A DNA stretch of 64,000 nucleotides from Nitrospirota bacterium (GTDB lineage Bacteria > Nitrospirota > UBA9217), in NCBI GenBank assembly GCA_963818475.1, contig CAWFSF010000006.1, forward strand, positions 1,312,001-1,376,000. Reading direction: 5' to 3'. Each line of letters begins with the position of its first letter. The first letter of the stretch is position 1. This document shows, one piece after another, positions 21,693-32,750 of this stretch. The translations under genes were made by a program, and so were the position numbers. Below the pieces are notes generated by a model. That model saw only the letters and a program-made list of their open reading frames with translations. It was not told the origin of the DNA and did no database searches.

Positions 21693-22574
21693 ATGAATAA
21701 CGACACAATTCGGAATACGGAATTCGGAATTCGGAATTTAAGATCAACGACCTGCGGTGTGGAACGTGGAGGATGTATTCCGCATTCGGCATGCCGCATT
21801 CCGCGTTCAGAACGGGTGCTAATGTTTACTCTGATCGGCATCCTCCTCTCCTCTCCCGCCCTGGCCCTGTCCGGCCGCGAGGTATACGAGAAGTTCCACG
21901 AGCAGCGCTCCAAATGGCTGGACCACAAGATCGAAGCGACCATGGTCCTGTTCGACAAGGGCGGCGGCAAACGCACCCGCTCGCTCACGCAGTACGGGAA
22001 AAAAGCAGACCCCGAAGCATACAAGACCCTCGTGGTGTTCAACAGCCCGCCGGACCTGAAGAACGTGGGGTTCCTGATCCACGCCCATACATTCGCGGAC
22101 CGCGACCTCTGGGCCTATTTCCCGGAATATAAACGGGTGAGGCGCATCGCCACGAGCTCTCAGGATGACTCCTTCTTCGGGTCCGATCTATCTTATGATG
22201 ATTTCGGCGGCCCGCCGAACCTCGATGATTACAAGTTCAGCCTTTTGAAGGAAGAAGTCATTGACAATAAGCCCTGCTATGTGGTCGAGGTCACACCCAA
22301 GGTCCGCCGCAAATACACTAAATATATCTCGTGGGTGGCAAAGGACCTCTGGATCCATCTCAGGATCGAGTATTATCAGGACAACGAAATCTATCGCGCG
22401 GGAACCTTCAAGGACGTCAGGACCATCGACGGGCTCCCCACGCCGTTCATGACCGAGATGGAGAACAGGAAAACAAATCACCGGACCGAGTTCACGATCA
22501 ACAGCGTTCAGTACCACACCAAATTCTCCGACGACCTCTTTACGCAGCGGTCGCTGGAGCGGTCGGGGAAATAA
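21693..22574 (+). CDS. Outer-membrane lipoprotein-sorting (LolA-like) protein
   Basis: FNSPPDLKNVGFL, LWAYFP..RVRRI, SFFGSDLSYDD, LFTQRSL; SD GGAGG at 21681. Confidence 0.85.
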   Translation: MNNDTIRNTEFGIRNLRSTTCGVERGGCIPHSACRIPRSERVLMFTLIGILLSSPALALSGREVYEKFHEQRSKWLDHKIEATMVLFDKGGGKRTRSLTQYGKKADPEAYKTLVVFNSPPDLKNVGFLIHAHTFADRDLWAYFPEYKRVRRIATSSQDDSFFGSDLSYDDFGGPPNLDDYKFSLLKEEVIDNKPCYVVEVTPKVRRKYTKYISWVAKDLWIHLRIEYYQDNEIYRAGTFKDVRTIDGLPTPFMTEMENRKTNHRTEFTINSVQYHTKFSDDLFTQRSLERSGK

Positions 22575-22589
22575 TGTTTTTACGACTCT

Positions 22590-23992
22590 ATGCATATTAA
22601 ACCTATCATACACCTGCTGAAGCAAGCCCGCATATACCTCCCGCTCCTGCTGCTCACGCTGCTTCAGGCCTCGCCCTCCTCGGGAGACGAACCTTTATCT
22701 GTTTCGGGCAGACTGGACCTGCGCGGCGTGCAGGCGCTGGAAACCGATTCGGTAGACGAAGATGCCAGCCTTGCCGGCAGGCTCAGGATCGATCAGGAGT
22801 CGCTGTCCTGGAAGTTCCACTCCTGGCTCGAAGGCGGGTGGGACGGGGCCGTGAAACGACCTGCGCGCGACCACTCCCTGTTTAAGAATTATGATCAGGT
22901 CTATCAGAGCAACTCCCCCTACCTGGAGTTTAAAGAGCTGTACCTGGCGCGCTCCTGGAACGATCTTGACCTGAAAGCCGGCATTCAGCGATTTGCCTGG
23001 GGCAGGCTCGACGAATACCCTCCCAACGATCTGTTCAACCCCTGGGACTATACCCAGTTCCTCAGAAAACCGCTCGAAGACCGCAAGATCGGCGTCCCGG
23101 CCATCTCTGCGATCATTAAATAACGGCGACTGGACCTATGAAACCGCCTGGGTGCCGGCACTGGTCCCCTATCGTCTGCCCCTGCCTGATGAACGCTGGT
23201 CAGGGTCTATCTATTGCGTCGATGGTCGCTCAAGCCGCACCGAACGCGAAGATCACGCCGCAGGAGCCTGACCTGCCAGAGCACAGGATCAGGAACAGCA
23301 ACATCGGCCTGCGGATAAAACGCGCCGGAGACATCGAATGGGCATTGAACCTTTTCCATGGATACGATCCGCGGCCTGTCTTCAAAACAACAGCTCTCAC
23401 GATCATCCCGCAGGGAGGCACAATCGTCATCGATCCGGGATATGTGCCTGACTTCCATCGGATCACCGTAGTCGGCCTCGACGGTGCATCGGTCTACGGC
23501 GACCTGAGTCTGCGGGCGGAGCTCGCCTACTCCTTTAACCGCATGCTGAACATCCGCCGTGAGCTCTGGGGTTACCCAACAATGCTTGCGCCCGGCGCGT
23601 ACCCTTTGAATACGATCGGCCAGAAGCATGACGTCATTGATTACGGCATTGGCGCGGACTACCGGGTTTTCGAGGATGGACTCCTGACCATGCAGGCCCA
23701 GCAAACGATCATTCTCGGCAATACGGAATTTCTCTATGATCGGCGAAGGGAAACGGTCCTGTGGACAAACCTCAAGGCAGGCTGGTTCAACCAGAAGGTC
23801 GAGACCAATGTCAGTGTCGTGTATAATCCTGAACACGGCGACCTCATGACCAAAGTGAATGCATGGTATGTTTTCAGCGACGCCTGGAAAACCGGGGCCA
23901 CGGTCGTCGCGTTCAACGGACCGGACCAGTCCCTGTTCGGAAGATATTCAAGGAACGATCAGCTTGAAATGGAGCTGGTGTATTCCTGGTAA
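22590..23992 (+). CDS. Outer-membrane beta-barrel protein, DUF1302-like (split by indels)
   Basis: Signal peptide; KELYL..GIQRFAWGRLD; C-terminal FGRYSRNDQLEMELVYSW. Confidence 0.7.
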
Positions 23993-24008
23993 GAAAAGCA
24001 CTGTTATT

Positions 24009-24176
24009 ATCCAGAAAAAGGCAGTTAACCGCGAATTTCACGAATGAACACGAATTAAATCAAGAAAGTGAAGTACTATCGGATACCACCTATCTGGTGA
24101 ATCGAACTTTTTCGCATCTCTTCGTGGTCATTCGGAATTATTCGTGTTCATTCGCGTCAAATGCCGTTTCCAGGAT
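24009..24176. mobile_element. MITE-like inverted-repeat element
   Basis: Left atccagaaaaaggcagttaaccgcgaat pairs imperfectly with right attcgcgtcaaatgccgtttccaggat; relatives at 32750-32939 and ~10312-10396. Confidence 0.55.
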
Positions 24177-24215
24177 TATGAGCTGTGCGCCCTCTATCCG
24201 CTGCCGGCCTAAAGC

Positions 24216-25437
24216 TCACTGCTTGACCAGCTTCAGAAAGTGATCGACCAGCTGCGGGTTGAACGATGTGCCGCTGCCGTTCCTCAGGACCTCCTCGATC
24301 CTGGTGAGCGGCATTGCTTCCTGATAGGACCGTTTGCTGCGCATGGCGTCGAAGACGTCGGCAACGCAGATGATCTGGCTGGCAATGTTCGGCGTCCATC
24401 CTCCTTTGATGGAGGGATAGCCGCTGCCGTCATACTTCAGGTGGTGTTCGAGTGCGGAGATGACCGCAAGCTTCGGGATGCCTTCGAGGCCCATCAGATA
24501 CCGCGCCCCTTTGACCGTATGGGTTTCGATGATCGCCCGTTCGTCCGGCGACAGTTTTCCAGGTTTATTCAATATCTCTTCCGGGATGAAGATCTTCCCC
24601 ACGTCGTGCAGCAGCGAAGCTACCCCCATCTGATGAAGGTTTTCCCCCCTGAAGCCCAGTGATTCCGCCAGACTCATGGTCAGGATGCAGACATTCGTAA
24701 CATGCGTAAAGGTGTACTCGTGTACGGACTTGAGTGATGCCAGGAGGCTCAGCGGGTTCAACTCCTGGCGAAAACCCCGGATAAACCCCTTGACCATCTC
24801 ATCGACACCCTGCACATTGATCTTCTTGTGCTTTTTGACGTTAAGGTACAGTTCCTTCAGATGTTCGAGTTCGGCGGCACTGAGGGCCAGAAGCTCCTCG
24901 GACACCGCAACAGGAACCTGGGTCCCCCCACCCATTTCAAGCGACGGGTTGCCTCCCTGCTCTCCTGGTATAGGGCCCGTGCCGGGCTATCGCGGCTCCG
25001 GCAGCGGCCGCACCACCAGCCTGACCATCATACTGCCTGATCCGGACCTCGACCTTGCCGAGTTTGATACCCGGACTGGAGCGGATCGAGACCGCGTCAA
25101 GGGAAGCGAGATCCCGGATCAGGTTCTGCAACTCCTCGTTTGACAGGCTGGCAGTGAACGTCAGGCGCTCCACACCTTTTCTTTTCATGACCCGCACGAA
25201 ATTTTCAACATAGGAGCCGAGGGGAAGAGTCCGGTTCGCTGCCACAAGATCATTGCCTACCAGGATGATGGTCACCTCAGACTGGTCGCGAAACATCTCG
25301 GCCAGCTGGGCATAGGCCCTGTCCTGGTGCTGAGCAACCAGGGGGTGGGACGGCGAATAGAGGCTCGCATTCGTAATTGCCGCGGTCAGCTGGGCAATGA
25401 CGCGGGACAGTCCTTCATAAAGGTCATATTCGGCCAT
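24216..25437 (-). CDS. HD-GYP domain phosphodiesterase (indel near 24970)
   Basis: YTFTHVTNV, LLHDVGK, EHHLKYDGSGYP, VADVFDAM. Confidence 0.9.
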
Positions 25438-25649
25438 AGGGGGTCCTTATTACGACAACGTGCTGTTATATTCGTAAAAAAAGTCATTATCCACCGCGAG
25501 ACGCGGAGACGCGGAGGAAGGCACCTTGAAAATAAAGCTTTTCTCTGCGTCTCAGCGTCTCCGCGGTTAAATCCGATTTATTGCGAGTCCAGCAAACTTT
25601 TAACAATACCAATCGGCTTGCATCCGGAATAAACAGCCTTCCACAGAAA

Positions 25650-27948
25650 TCACTTCCGCTCCATCAGTTTTTTGCAGGCCCGCTTGATCGCATCGTTGTT
25701 CAGCTGCTCCCCGGCCCGTATCAGATCGGCAATAGCTTCCCGGGGATAGCGTCCGAGCGATTCGAACAACACTTCTTTCATTTTCATCTGCCGTTGAGGA
25801 TAGAGCGTCCAGCCTGAACGGGCCAGTTTTACCAGATCGGGGATGGCCCGGCGTCGCCGATCTCGCCCAACGGCCCTGATGATCTCCTCATTGACCGTAT
25901 AGTCCGCCTCGAACAGGATGACGCGCTTGATCCGGGCAAGAATGTCCGGTGGTGACCTCCTGTACCCGGTACTGGCCTGACAGAACTACGGCCTGAGAGG
26001 CCACATCAGGGTCCTCTGAACGGATCGCTTCACGCAGCAGTTTGATTGCGCCGGGATCCTTGAACTTCAGCAGCGTGCTCAGCGCTTCCATCCGCACGGA
26101 AAGGTCCTTGTGCCTGAGCAGTTGTTTCACGTGCGGGATCGATGAGGATGTTCCAACGCGCCGAATGAGCAGCAGCAGGTTCCTGACAAAATAAGGTCTG
26201 GCATCGCGCAACCGCGTATGCGCCTCAAGCACGGTCTTATCACCGAACAGGCAGAGGAGATTGAAAACGACCCGTCTTCCGCCGACAGCTTCATCCCTGC
26301 TGAAGATGTCCATGAGCCCCGGGATGGTTTCGGCGCCCAGGGACAGGATCAGGCCGGCTGCCTCGGGGCCTTTGTCATTCATCCACAGCTCGAAAGCAGC
26401 CAAAGCCTTTGCCCGGAAGTCCGCGTCTAAAAATATTTTCCTGGCTTCCAGAGCGCTCTCGCGAATGCCCTTGACCGGTTTGTCCGTTCCGTGCCTGCGC
26501 AGCGTTTCTGAAATGTCCCAGAGCAGTTCGAAATTCCCTGTTTCGAGGAACTGCGGCACGATCGTGATCAACTTGGCCGCGAATTCCCGATAGTCCTCTT
26601 CGTCGAGCCTCTCCTCCATGAATGCCAGGAGTGCGCGACCGATCTGGAAATCAAGATGTGCATCCTCGAGAGTCTTTACATATTCATCAAGGGGAAAATT
26701 CTCAAGTCTGGGCCCCACATCCCCGGACAGGTTCTTCAGCAGCGTCTCATAGTCCTTTGAAACGTACTGCTCGTAAGCCTCACGGTCGAACAGTTTCTGC
26801 ATGTGCTCAGCCTGCATGGCTGGCACGATGATCCCTTCCGAACCCTTATCCTGGGTCGCCGGCGCAGTATGCGGATTCGTCATTGAAAGCCTTTGTACCA
26901 GGCCGGCCAGCGTGGGCGAAATCTGCTTGCCCTCCGCATTCGCCTGTCCGAGCATTTCGATGACCATGTCATCGGTAAAACCGCCGACGACCTCCTCGGC
27001 GACGGGCAATTGGGCATTGTCCGAGACCCGGTTGAACGCAACGGACAGAAACTGTTTTCTCAGCTCGGGATTCAAATCCTTCAACAGGTTGTTCAGGCTT
27101 GCCAGAGTGACCGACTGTTCGCTGGTGAGCTGTTTTTCTGCGGCGCCCCGCATGTAGGACGAAATGGTCCGGTCATAGCTCTGGATCGCGGCGCCCGGGT
27201 CCAGCTTGCGTTCGTTCAGCAGTTTCGCCAGTTCGGAAGGATCGATCTGTTCAGCGTCCTTCAGCGATACGCCGCCTTGTCCCTGCCCTGCGATCGTTCC
27301 CGAGGAGAGGTGCGAAACGAAGTCCTGCCAGATGCCTGCGCCTGCACCCGCTCCGGCGGCTCCCCGTGCCGCCTTCTCTTTGCTCGCACTGCCCCGTTCG
27401 ACGGTTTTCACCTGGGGTTTGAATATTTCCGCTTCTTCCGTAAGATGGAGGCTGTCGAAGTCTATGGCCTGGACCCTGATATTGGGTATTGCGGCGTTCT
27501 GCATCACCTTTTTTATCCCGCCCATGGTAACAATGTCTTCCGGTTTGGCCGAGATGATCCGGTGAAACCGTATCAGTTGCTCTTTGTCGAGCCCGCGGAC
27601 AAAGGTTACCGCCGCGATCCCCTGCTGGTTCATCGAAAGAGCAAAGTCCCGGTACACCGGATTCCGCTGGTCAAGGTAATCATGCCCCACCAGCAGCGTA
27701 TCCTTGGCCACACCGAGCGTCATTTCGGACCGGATCTCGAACAGCTTCTGAAGGATGTCGAAGGCCCGATCGATGCTTCTCGTGATCTGGATATGCCCGG
27801 GGGGATAGATGCTGACGTTCTTGCGGGAAATATTCAGTTCGATAACGGTCTCCGACAGCAGCCGTGTATCGATCGGCACCTCTAGGGGAGCATCCTTGGG
27901 AATAGGAGCCGGGGTATCGCCTGCTTTTTTGTCTGCCGCTTCCTGCAT
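25650..27948 (-). CDS. HEAT-repeat protein (indels near 3' end)
   Basis: DARPYFVRNLLLLI, LLRHKDLSVRMEAL; reading continues in other frames to TGA at 25650. Confidence 0.75.
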
Positions 27949-28114
27949 GGGAGGGATTATAACCGTTTTTTTCTTTGGTTACATCAGGTAAATCCCCCTC
28001 ACCCTGCTTCAAACTTTGGCTGCAGACCGACAAACTCGAATGCATGTGCTATATTTAATCAGAAATCAACCAGGAGCTCCTATCGCGTCAGTCTCAGTCC
28101 TCGAAAGTCATACC

Positions 28115-29159
28115 ATGTTATTCAAAGTCTGCGAACAGGAAGAACTTCGGCGGCTGTTTGACAGCCTTGCCGCAGATAATACCATAGTCGGACCGGTCCA
28201 GAACGGCATCGACCGGAATGGCAACGCGTTATTTGCTTTTGAACCGGTCACTGACTTCAAGACTCTGAAACTCGGCTATACCACGACCAAACAGCCGCCA
28301 AAGCCCTATTTCCTGCCCTTCCGTGAAACCCTGGCGTCCTTTCGCATCGACGGCAACGACTGGCATAAGACCGTCGATTACCACTGCGACCGTCCCACTG
28401 TCTTCTTCGGACTCCATGCCTGCGATATCAATGCGCTGAACAAACTCGACAAGGTGTTGATGGGGAATATCTATCCCATGCCCTACTATGCGGCCAAGCG
28501 AAAGAACATGTTCATTATCGGCATCGACTGCCGGCCCCAGCCGTTCTGCTTCTGCCGCTCCATGGGCTCTGACACCGTGCTCCATGGCTTCGACCTGTTC
28601 ATCACCGATATCGGCAGCCGGTATTTTATCGAGATCCAGTCTGCGACGGCGTTCAACCTGCTTTCCCGCATCACTACACGCCCCCCGGAAGAGGCTGATC
28701 ATCTCCAGTATATGGCTGTGGCGGCGGAAAAGAACAAACTATTCACTGCCCGCGTCGACACCACCGATCTGACCAAGATCCTCGATATGGAATTCCAGTC
28801 CCCGGTCTGGAAACAGTGGGGAGACCGGTGTCTTGGCTGCGGCACCTGCGCCAACGTCTGCCCCACCTGCTACTGCTATGGCGTTGAAGAGACGCGTGGA
28901 CGTAAACCTTCGCAGCGCGCAAAAGATGAAGACCCTCTATTCCTGCAATATCGTCGACTTCGCCGAGGTGGCAGGCGGCCATAATTTCCGGCCCGAGCGG
29001 TCTACAAGGCTCAAATACCGCTACTACCACAAGCACCGCGGCTTTGTCGAAGCGTATGAGGAATCGCTCTGCGTCGGCTGCGGCCGCTGCGGCGAGGCCT
29101 GTCTTGCCGGCATCACCGTGCCGGAGGTCATTGCAAGTGTCCGCGGAGAGGAGAGCTGA
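28115..29159 (+). CDS. hydB: Group 3b hydrogenase beta subunit (4Fe-4S; indel near 28895)
   Basis: GLHACD, FCFC, CLGCGTCANVCPTCYC, CVGCGRCGEAC. Confidence 0.88.
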
Positions 29160-29163
29160 TCTG

Positions 29164-30072
29164 GTGGATACGCGGCTGAAATTCGAAGATGTTACAGCTC
29201 CGCACCACGGCAAACAGCTCCGCAAGAACGATCTTGCCACGTTCGAGCACACCTATAAGGCGGAGATCGCCGGCGTATCGCAGCTTACGGCCATGGAGCG
29301 CCTCTATCGGATCCAGATCATCGATCCCGAAGAACGCAGGCGCTTTTCCTTCAAACCCGGACAGTTCGTCATGCTGGAGGTGCCCGGCATCGGCGAGGCG
29401 CCTTTCGGCATATCCTCATCAACCAGCAGCCGCGACGATATCGAGCTCTGCATCCGAACGGTCGGCAATCTCACGGCCTGCCTTGCCCGGGCCAACCGGG
29501 GCATGCGGGTAGGTATCCGCGGCCCCTTTGGCACGCACTTCCCCATGGAGACCATGCATGGCCAGAACATCCTGCTCATCGCCGGTGGCCTGGGGCTCGC
29601 TCCGCTCAGGTCTCCCATCGCCTACGTGCAGGAACACCGCAACCGCTTTAATCAGGTCGAGATACTCTACGGCGTCAGGGACCCGTCGCAGCTCCTGTTC
29701 ACTTTCCAGTACGATCTGTGGCGCCGTGACGAGATCGGCCTGAACATCATTGTGGAGAAACCCGATCCTTCCTGGAAAGGCCCGACAGGCTTCGTTACGA
29801 AAATTCTGGAACCGATCATCTCCGGCAAAGATGAGACCTTCATGCAGAATACCTCGGCCATCGTCTGCGGCCCGCCGATCATGTTCAAGTCAGTCTGCAC
29901 CATGCTGAACGAGGCCGGCATTCCCATGCAGAAGATGTTCGTCTCCCTTGAGCGCCGCATGCATTGCGGGATGGGCAAATGCTGCCGCTGCAATGTAGGA
30001 TCGACCTATACCTGTCTTTCCGGGCCGGTATTTGATTTCTGGAGCGTCATGAACCTGAAAGAGGCCATCTGA
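29164..30072 (+). CDS. hydG: Group 3b hydrogenase gamma subunit (FAD/NAD(P), 2Fe-2S)
   Basis: PGQFVML, IRGPFG, AGGLGLAPLR, CGPPIM, ERRMHCGMGKCCRC. Confidence 0.9.
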   Translation: MDTRLKFEDVTAPHHGKQLRKNDLATFEHTYKAEIAGVSQLTAMERLYRIQIIDPEERRRFSFKPGQFVMLEVPGIGEAPFGISSSTSSRDDIELCIRTVGNLTACLARANRGMRVGIRGPFGTHFPMETMHGQNILLIAGGLGLAPLRSPIAYVQEHRNRFNQVEILYGVRDPSQLLFTFQYDLWRRDEIGLNIIVEKPDPSWKGPTGFVTKILEPIISGKDETFMQNTSAIVCGPPIMFKSVCTMLNEAGIPMQKMFVSLERRMHCGMGKCCRCNVGSTYTCLSGPVFDFWSVMNLKEAI

Positions 30073-30908
30073 TGGACGAGCCGCAGGCACAGAACAGGAC
30101 CTATCTCGGCATGCCGGTTGCCCGGCCGAGGGTGGCGTTCTTTGAGCTGTCTTCCTGCGAGGGATGCCAGCTCCAGCTCTTGAACAATGAGTCTACGCTC
30201 CTGGACTTCCTTTCACTGGTAACGGTGGTGAATTTCCGCGAGGCCATGACCGAAAAGAGCGACGATTATGACATCGCTTTCGTTGAGGGAAGCGTCACCC
30301 GTGCGGACGAGATCGAGCGCCTTGCCGTCATCAGAAAAAGCGCCAAAGTGCTTGTTGCCTTTGGATCCTGCGCCTGTTTCGGCGGCGTGAACCAGTTGAA
30401 GAACCGATTTAAGGACCCGGCATGGGTTAAAAAACAGGTCTACGGTGACCATCCGATCCAGACCAACGATTCGGCGCGGCCGCTCGAGTATTTTGTCCAC
30501 GTCGACCTCAGGATCTACGGTTGTCCGGTAAAAAAAGAAGAGGTCGAGAAGATCGTCACCCATATTGTGCTGGGACGAACAGTCGTACAGCCGAAATTTC
30601 CGGTCTGTATGGAGTGCAAAGCGAACGAAAACGTCTGCCTCTTTGATCTCGGCGAACCCTGCCTGGGTCCGATCACGCGCGGCGGCTGCGACTCCTGGTG
30701 CCCCAACAGCCGGTTCGGCTGCTGGGGATGCCGCGGTCCCGCAGTGGACGCAAACATAGCCCAGTTGCAGACGATCATGAAACAGTACGGATTCACCGAA
30801 GAGACCCTGCTCGACCGGCTCGAGTGCTTTGGGGGATTCGCGAAGGACGCGGAACAGATCCGAACGAACATGAAATTATCGCCACGAAGTCTCGAAGGCA
30901 CGAAGTGA
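30072..30908 (+). CDS. hydD: Group 3b hydrogenase delta (small) subunit
   Basis: SSCEGC, VEGS, GSCACFGG, YGCP, CLGPITRGGC..CP..CWGCRG. Confidence 0.9.
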   Translation: MDEPQAQNRTYLGMPVARPRVAFFELSSCEGCQLQLLNNESTLLDFLSLVTVVNFREAMTEKSDDYDIAFVEGSVTRADEIERLAVIRKSAKVLVAFGSCACFGGVNQLKNRFKDPAWVKKQVYGDHPIQTNDSARPLEYFVHVDLRIYGCPVKKEEVEKIVTHIVLGRTVVQPKFPVCMECKANENVCLFDLGEPCLGPITRGGCDSWCPNSRFGCWGCRGPAVDANIAQLQTIMKQYGFTEETLLDRLECFGGFAKDAEQIRTNMKLSPRSLEGTK

Positions 30909-30975
30909 ATCAACACTTGAATTTACGTCTTTCTTCGCGTCTTAGTGCCTTCGTGGCAGAAGCCTGAGGTCTTTA

Positions 30976-32250
30976 ATGAAATCGACCCGCACCATCGACA
31001 TCCACCATATCACCCGCGTAGAAGGCCACGGCAATATAACGATCACGGTGAAGGACGGCAAGCTTACCGAAGCGCGCTGGGAAGTGGTCGAGACGCCGCG
31101 TTTCTTTGAAGCCATGCTGGTCGGCAAAAAATGGGAGAATGCGCCCTGGATCAGCGGACGGATCTGCGGCATCTGCTCCATCGGCCATACGCTCGCCAGC
31201 ATCCGTGCCGTGGAAAATGGCTTCGGGATCGTCCCTGACGAACAGACCGCGAAGCTCCGCCTGCTGCTGAAGCACATGGAAACCCTGCAGAGCCACGTTC
31301 TGCATCTCTACTTCCTCGCAGCGCCCGATTTTCTGAATGTGGGCAGTGTCTTCCCGCTCATCAATTCCCACCCTGACGTGGTGCAGCGCGCGGCGAAAAT
31401 AAAACAGCTCGCCAACGACCTCTGCGATTGCGTGGGCGGACGACGCATGCACCCGACGCGGACGGTCGTGGGCGGATTTACGATGCTTCCGGAGAAAAAA
31501 GAACTGGTGCGTTTCAAGGAGCGGCTGAGCGAGATCAAGAACGATCTGCTCGAGACCGCCGGGCTGTTCCGCTCCTTCGTGATCCCGGATTTTTCCCGGG
31601 AAACGGAGTTTGTCTCGCTTCAGGGAGATGGGGCGTACCCCTTTATCGGCGGGAACCTCGTGTCGACCGACGGTGTTGTCAAAAAGGAACAGGAATACGC
31701 CCTGATGACCAACGAATACTTCGTTGAACAATCGACGTCAAAATGGAGCCGTCTGTCGCGCCCGTCCTTTGCCGTAGGCGCCCTTGCAAGGCTCAATAAT
31801 AATTTCACGTTCCTGAACCCAATGGCAAAAGAAGTTTCCGCAAGCTTCGGGCTCAAGCCGATCGATCACAATCCCTACATGAACAATATCGCCCAACTGG
31901 TGGAGTGCGTTCATGTCGTACTGGACTCCCTGCAATTGATCGATGAACTGCTCGGCATGACATGGAAAAAGCCGCGCCACCCCGCCATCCCCAGAGCAGG
32001 GATCGGCGTCGGCGCCGTGGAAGTCCCCCGGGGAGTCCTGTACCACAGTTATGAATTCGACGATGAAGGGCGCATCGTCCGCTGCGACTGCGTCATCCCC
32101 ACGAGCCAGAACCATGCCAATATCCAGCACGACCTCTCCGCGCTGGCCAAGCACTGCGCGTCCCAGGGGAAGCAGGACCGGGAAATAGAACTCCTTGCCC
32201 AGATGCTCGTTCGATCATACGACCCGTGCATTTCCTGTTCCGTCCACTAG
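30976..32250 (+). CDS. hydA: Group 3b [NiFe]-hydrogenase alpha (large) subunit
   Basis: TRVEGH, L1 RICGICSIGH, EVPRG, L2 DPCISCSVH-stop. Confidence 0.95.
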   Translation: MKSTRTIDIHHITRVEGHGNITITVKDGKLTEARWEVVETPRFFEAMLVGKKWENAPWISGRICGICSIGHTLASIRAVENGFGIVPDEQTAKLRLLLKHMETLQSHVLHLYFLAAPDFLNVGSVFPLINSHPDVVQRAAKIKQLANDLCDCVGGRRMHPTRTVVGGFTMLPEKKELVRFKERLSEIKNDLLETAGLFRSFVIPDFSRETEFVSLQGDGAYPFIGGNLVSTDGVVKKEQEYALMTNEYFVEQSTSKWSRLSRPSFAVGALARLNNNFTFLNPMAKEVSASFGLKPIDHNPYMNNIAQLVECVHVVLDSLQLIDELLGMTWKKPRHPAIPRAGIGVGAVEVPRGVLYHSYEFDDEGRIVRCDCVIPTSQNHANIQHDLSALAKHCASQGKQDREIELLAQMLVRSYDPCISCSVH

Positions 32251-32312
32251 CAGCCCGCACGTCTCCCGTAATGCGGCAGATCAAAAAGCTTCACCAGAGG
32301 TATACTCTCTAT

Positions 32313-32750
32313 ATGATAGGACCGGATAAGGTTGTCGCGAGATTTAAGGACGGCAGGGTGGTGAAAGGCCATGTGCATGATCTCGATCCGAATGCCGTCG
32401 AGATCATTCTTCTTGAGCTGGAAAGCGGGAACGAGCTCAGGATCCCCATCGATGAGCTGAAAGCTCTTTTTTTTGTTCACTCGCTGGAAGGCGACAGTCA
32501 ACATCGGGAAAGAAAGGTCTTCGGCATCCGCAAGAATATCGGGCACAAGATCTATATCAGGTTTTTTGACGGGGAATCAATGCTCGGGTTTGTCAAAGGA
32601 GATGTCCCCTGGGAAAAGGGTTTCTATCGATCCAGCCCGGGAAGCGGATCCAGCGGTTTCTTCATGGAGCCGGTCGATGACGAAAGTAACAACATCAAAA
32701 TATTCGTCATCGCCGGCGCGATACGCGACATATCGATCATTGTTGCATGA
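32313..32750 (+). CDS. Conserved hypothetical protein (DUF6982-like)
   Basis: KVVARFKDGRVVKG, LKALFFV, GFFMEPVD..SNNIKIFV. Confidence 0.6.
   Translation: MIGPDKVVARFKDGRVVKGHVHDLDPNAVEIILLELESGNELRIPIDELKALFFVHSLEGDSQHRERKVFGIRKNIGHKIYIRFFDGESMLGFVKGDVPWEKGFYRSSPGSGSSGFFMEPVDDESNNIKIFVIAGAIRDISIIVA

Noticed and set aside
28115-30072. Anaerobic sulfite reductase asrAB
   Set aside because: Homologous folds, but followed by [NiFe] small and large subunits rather than asrC
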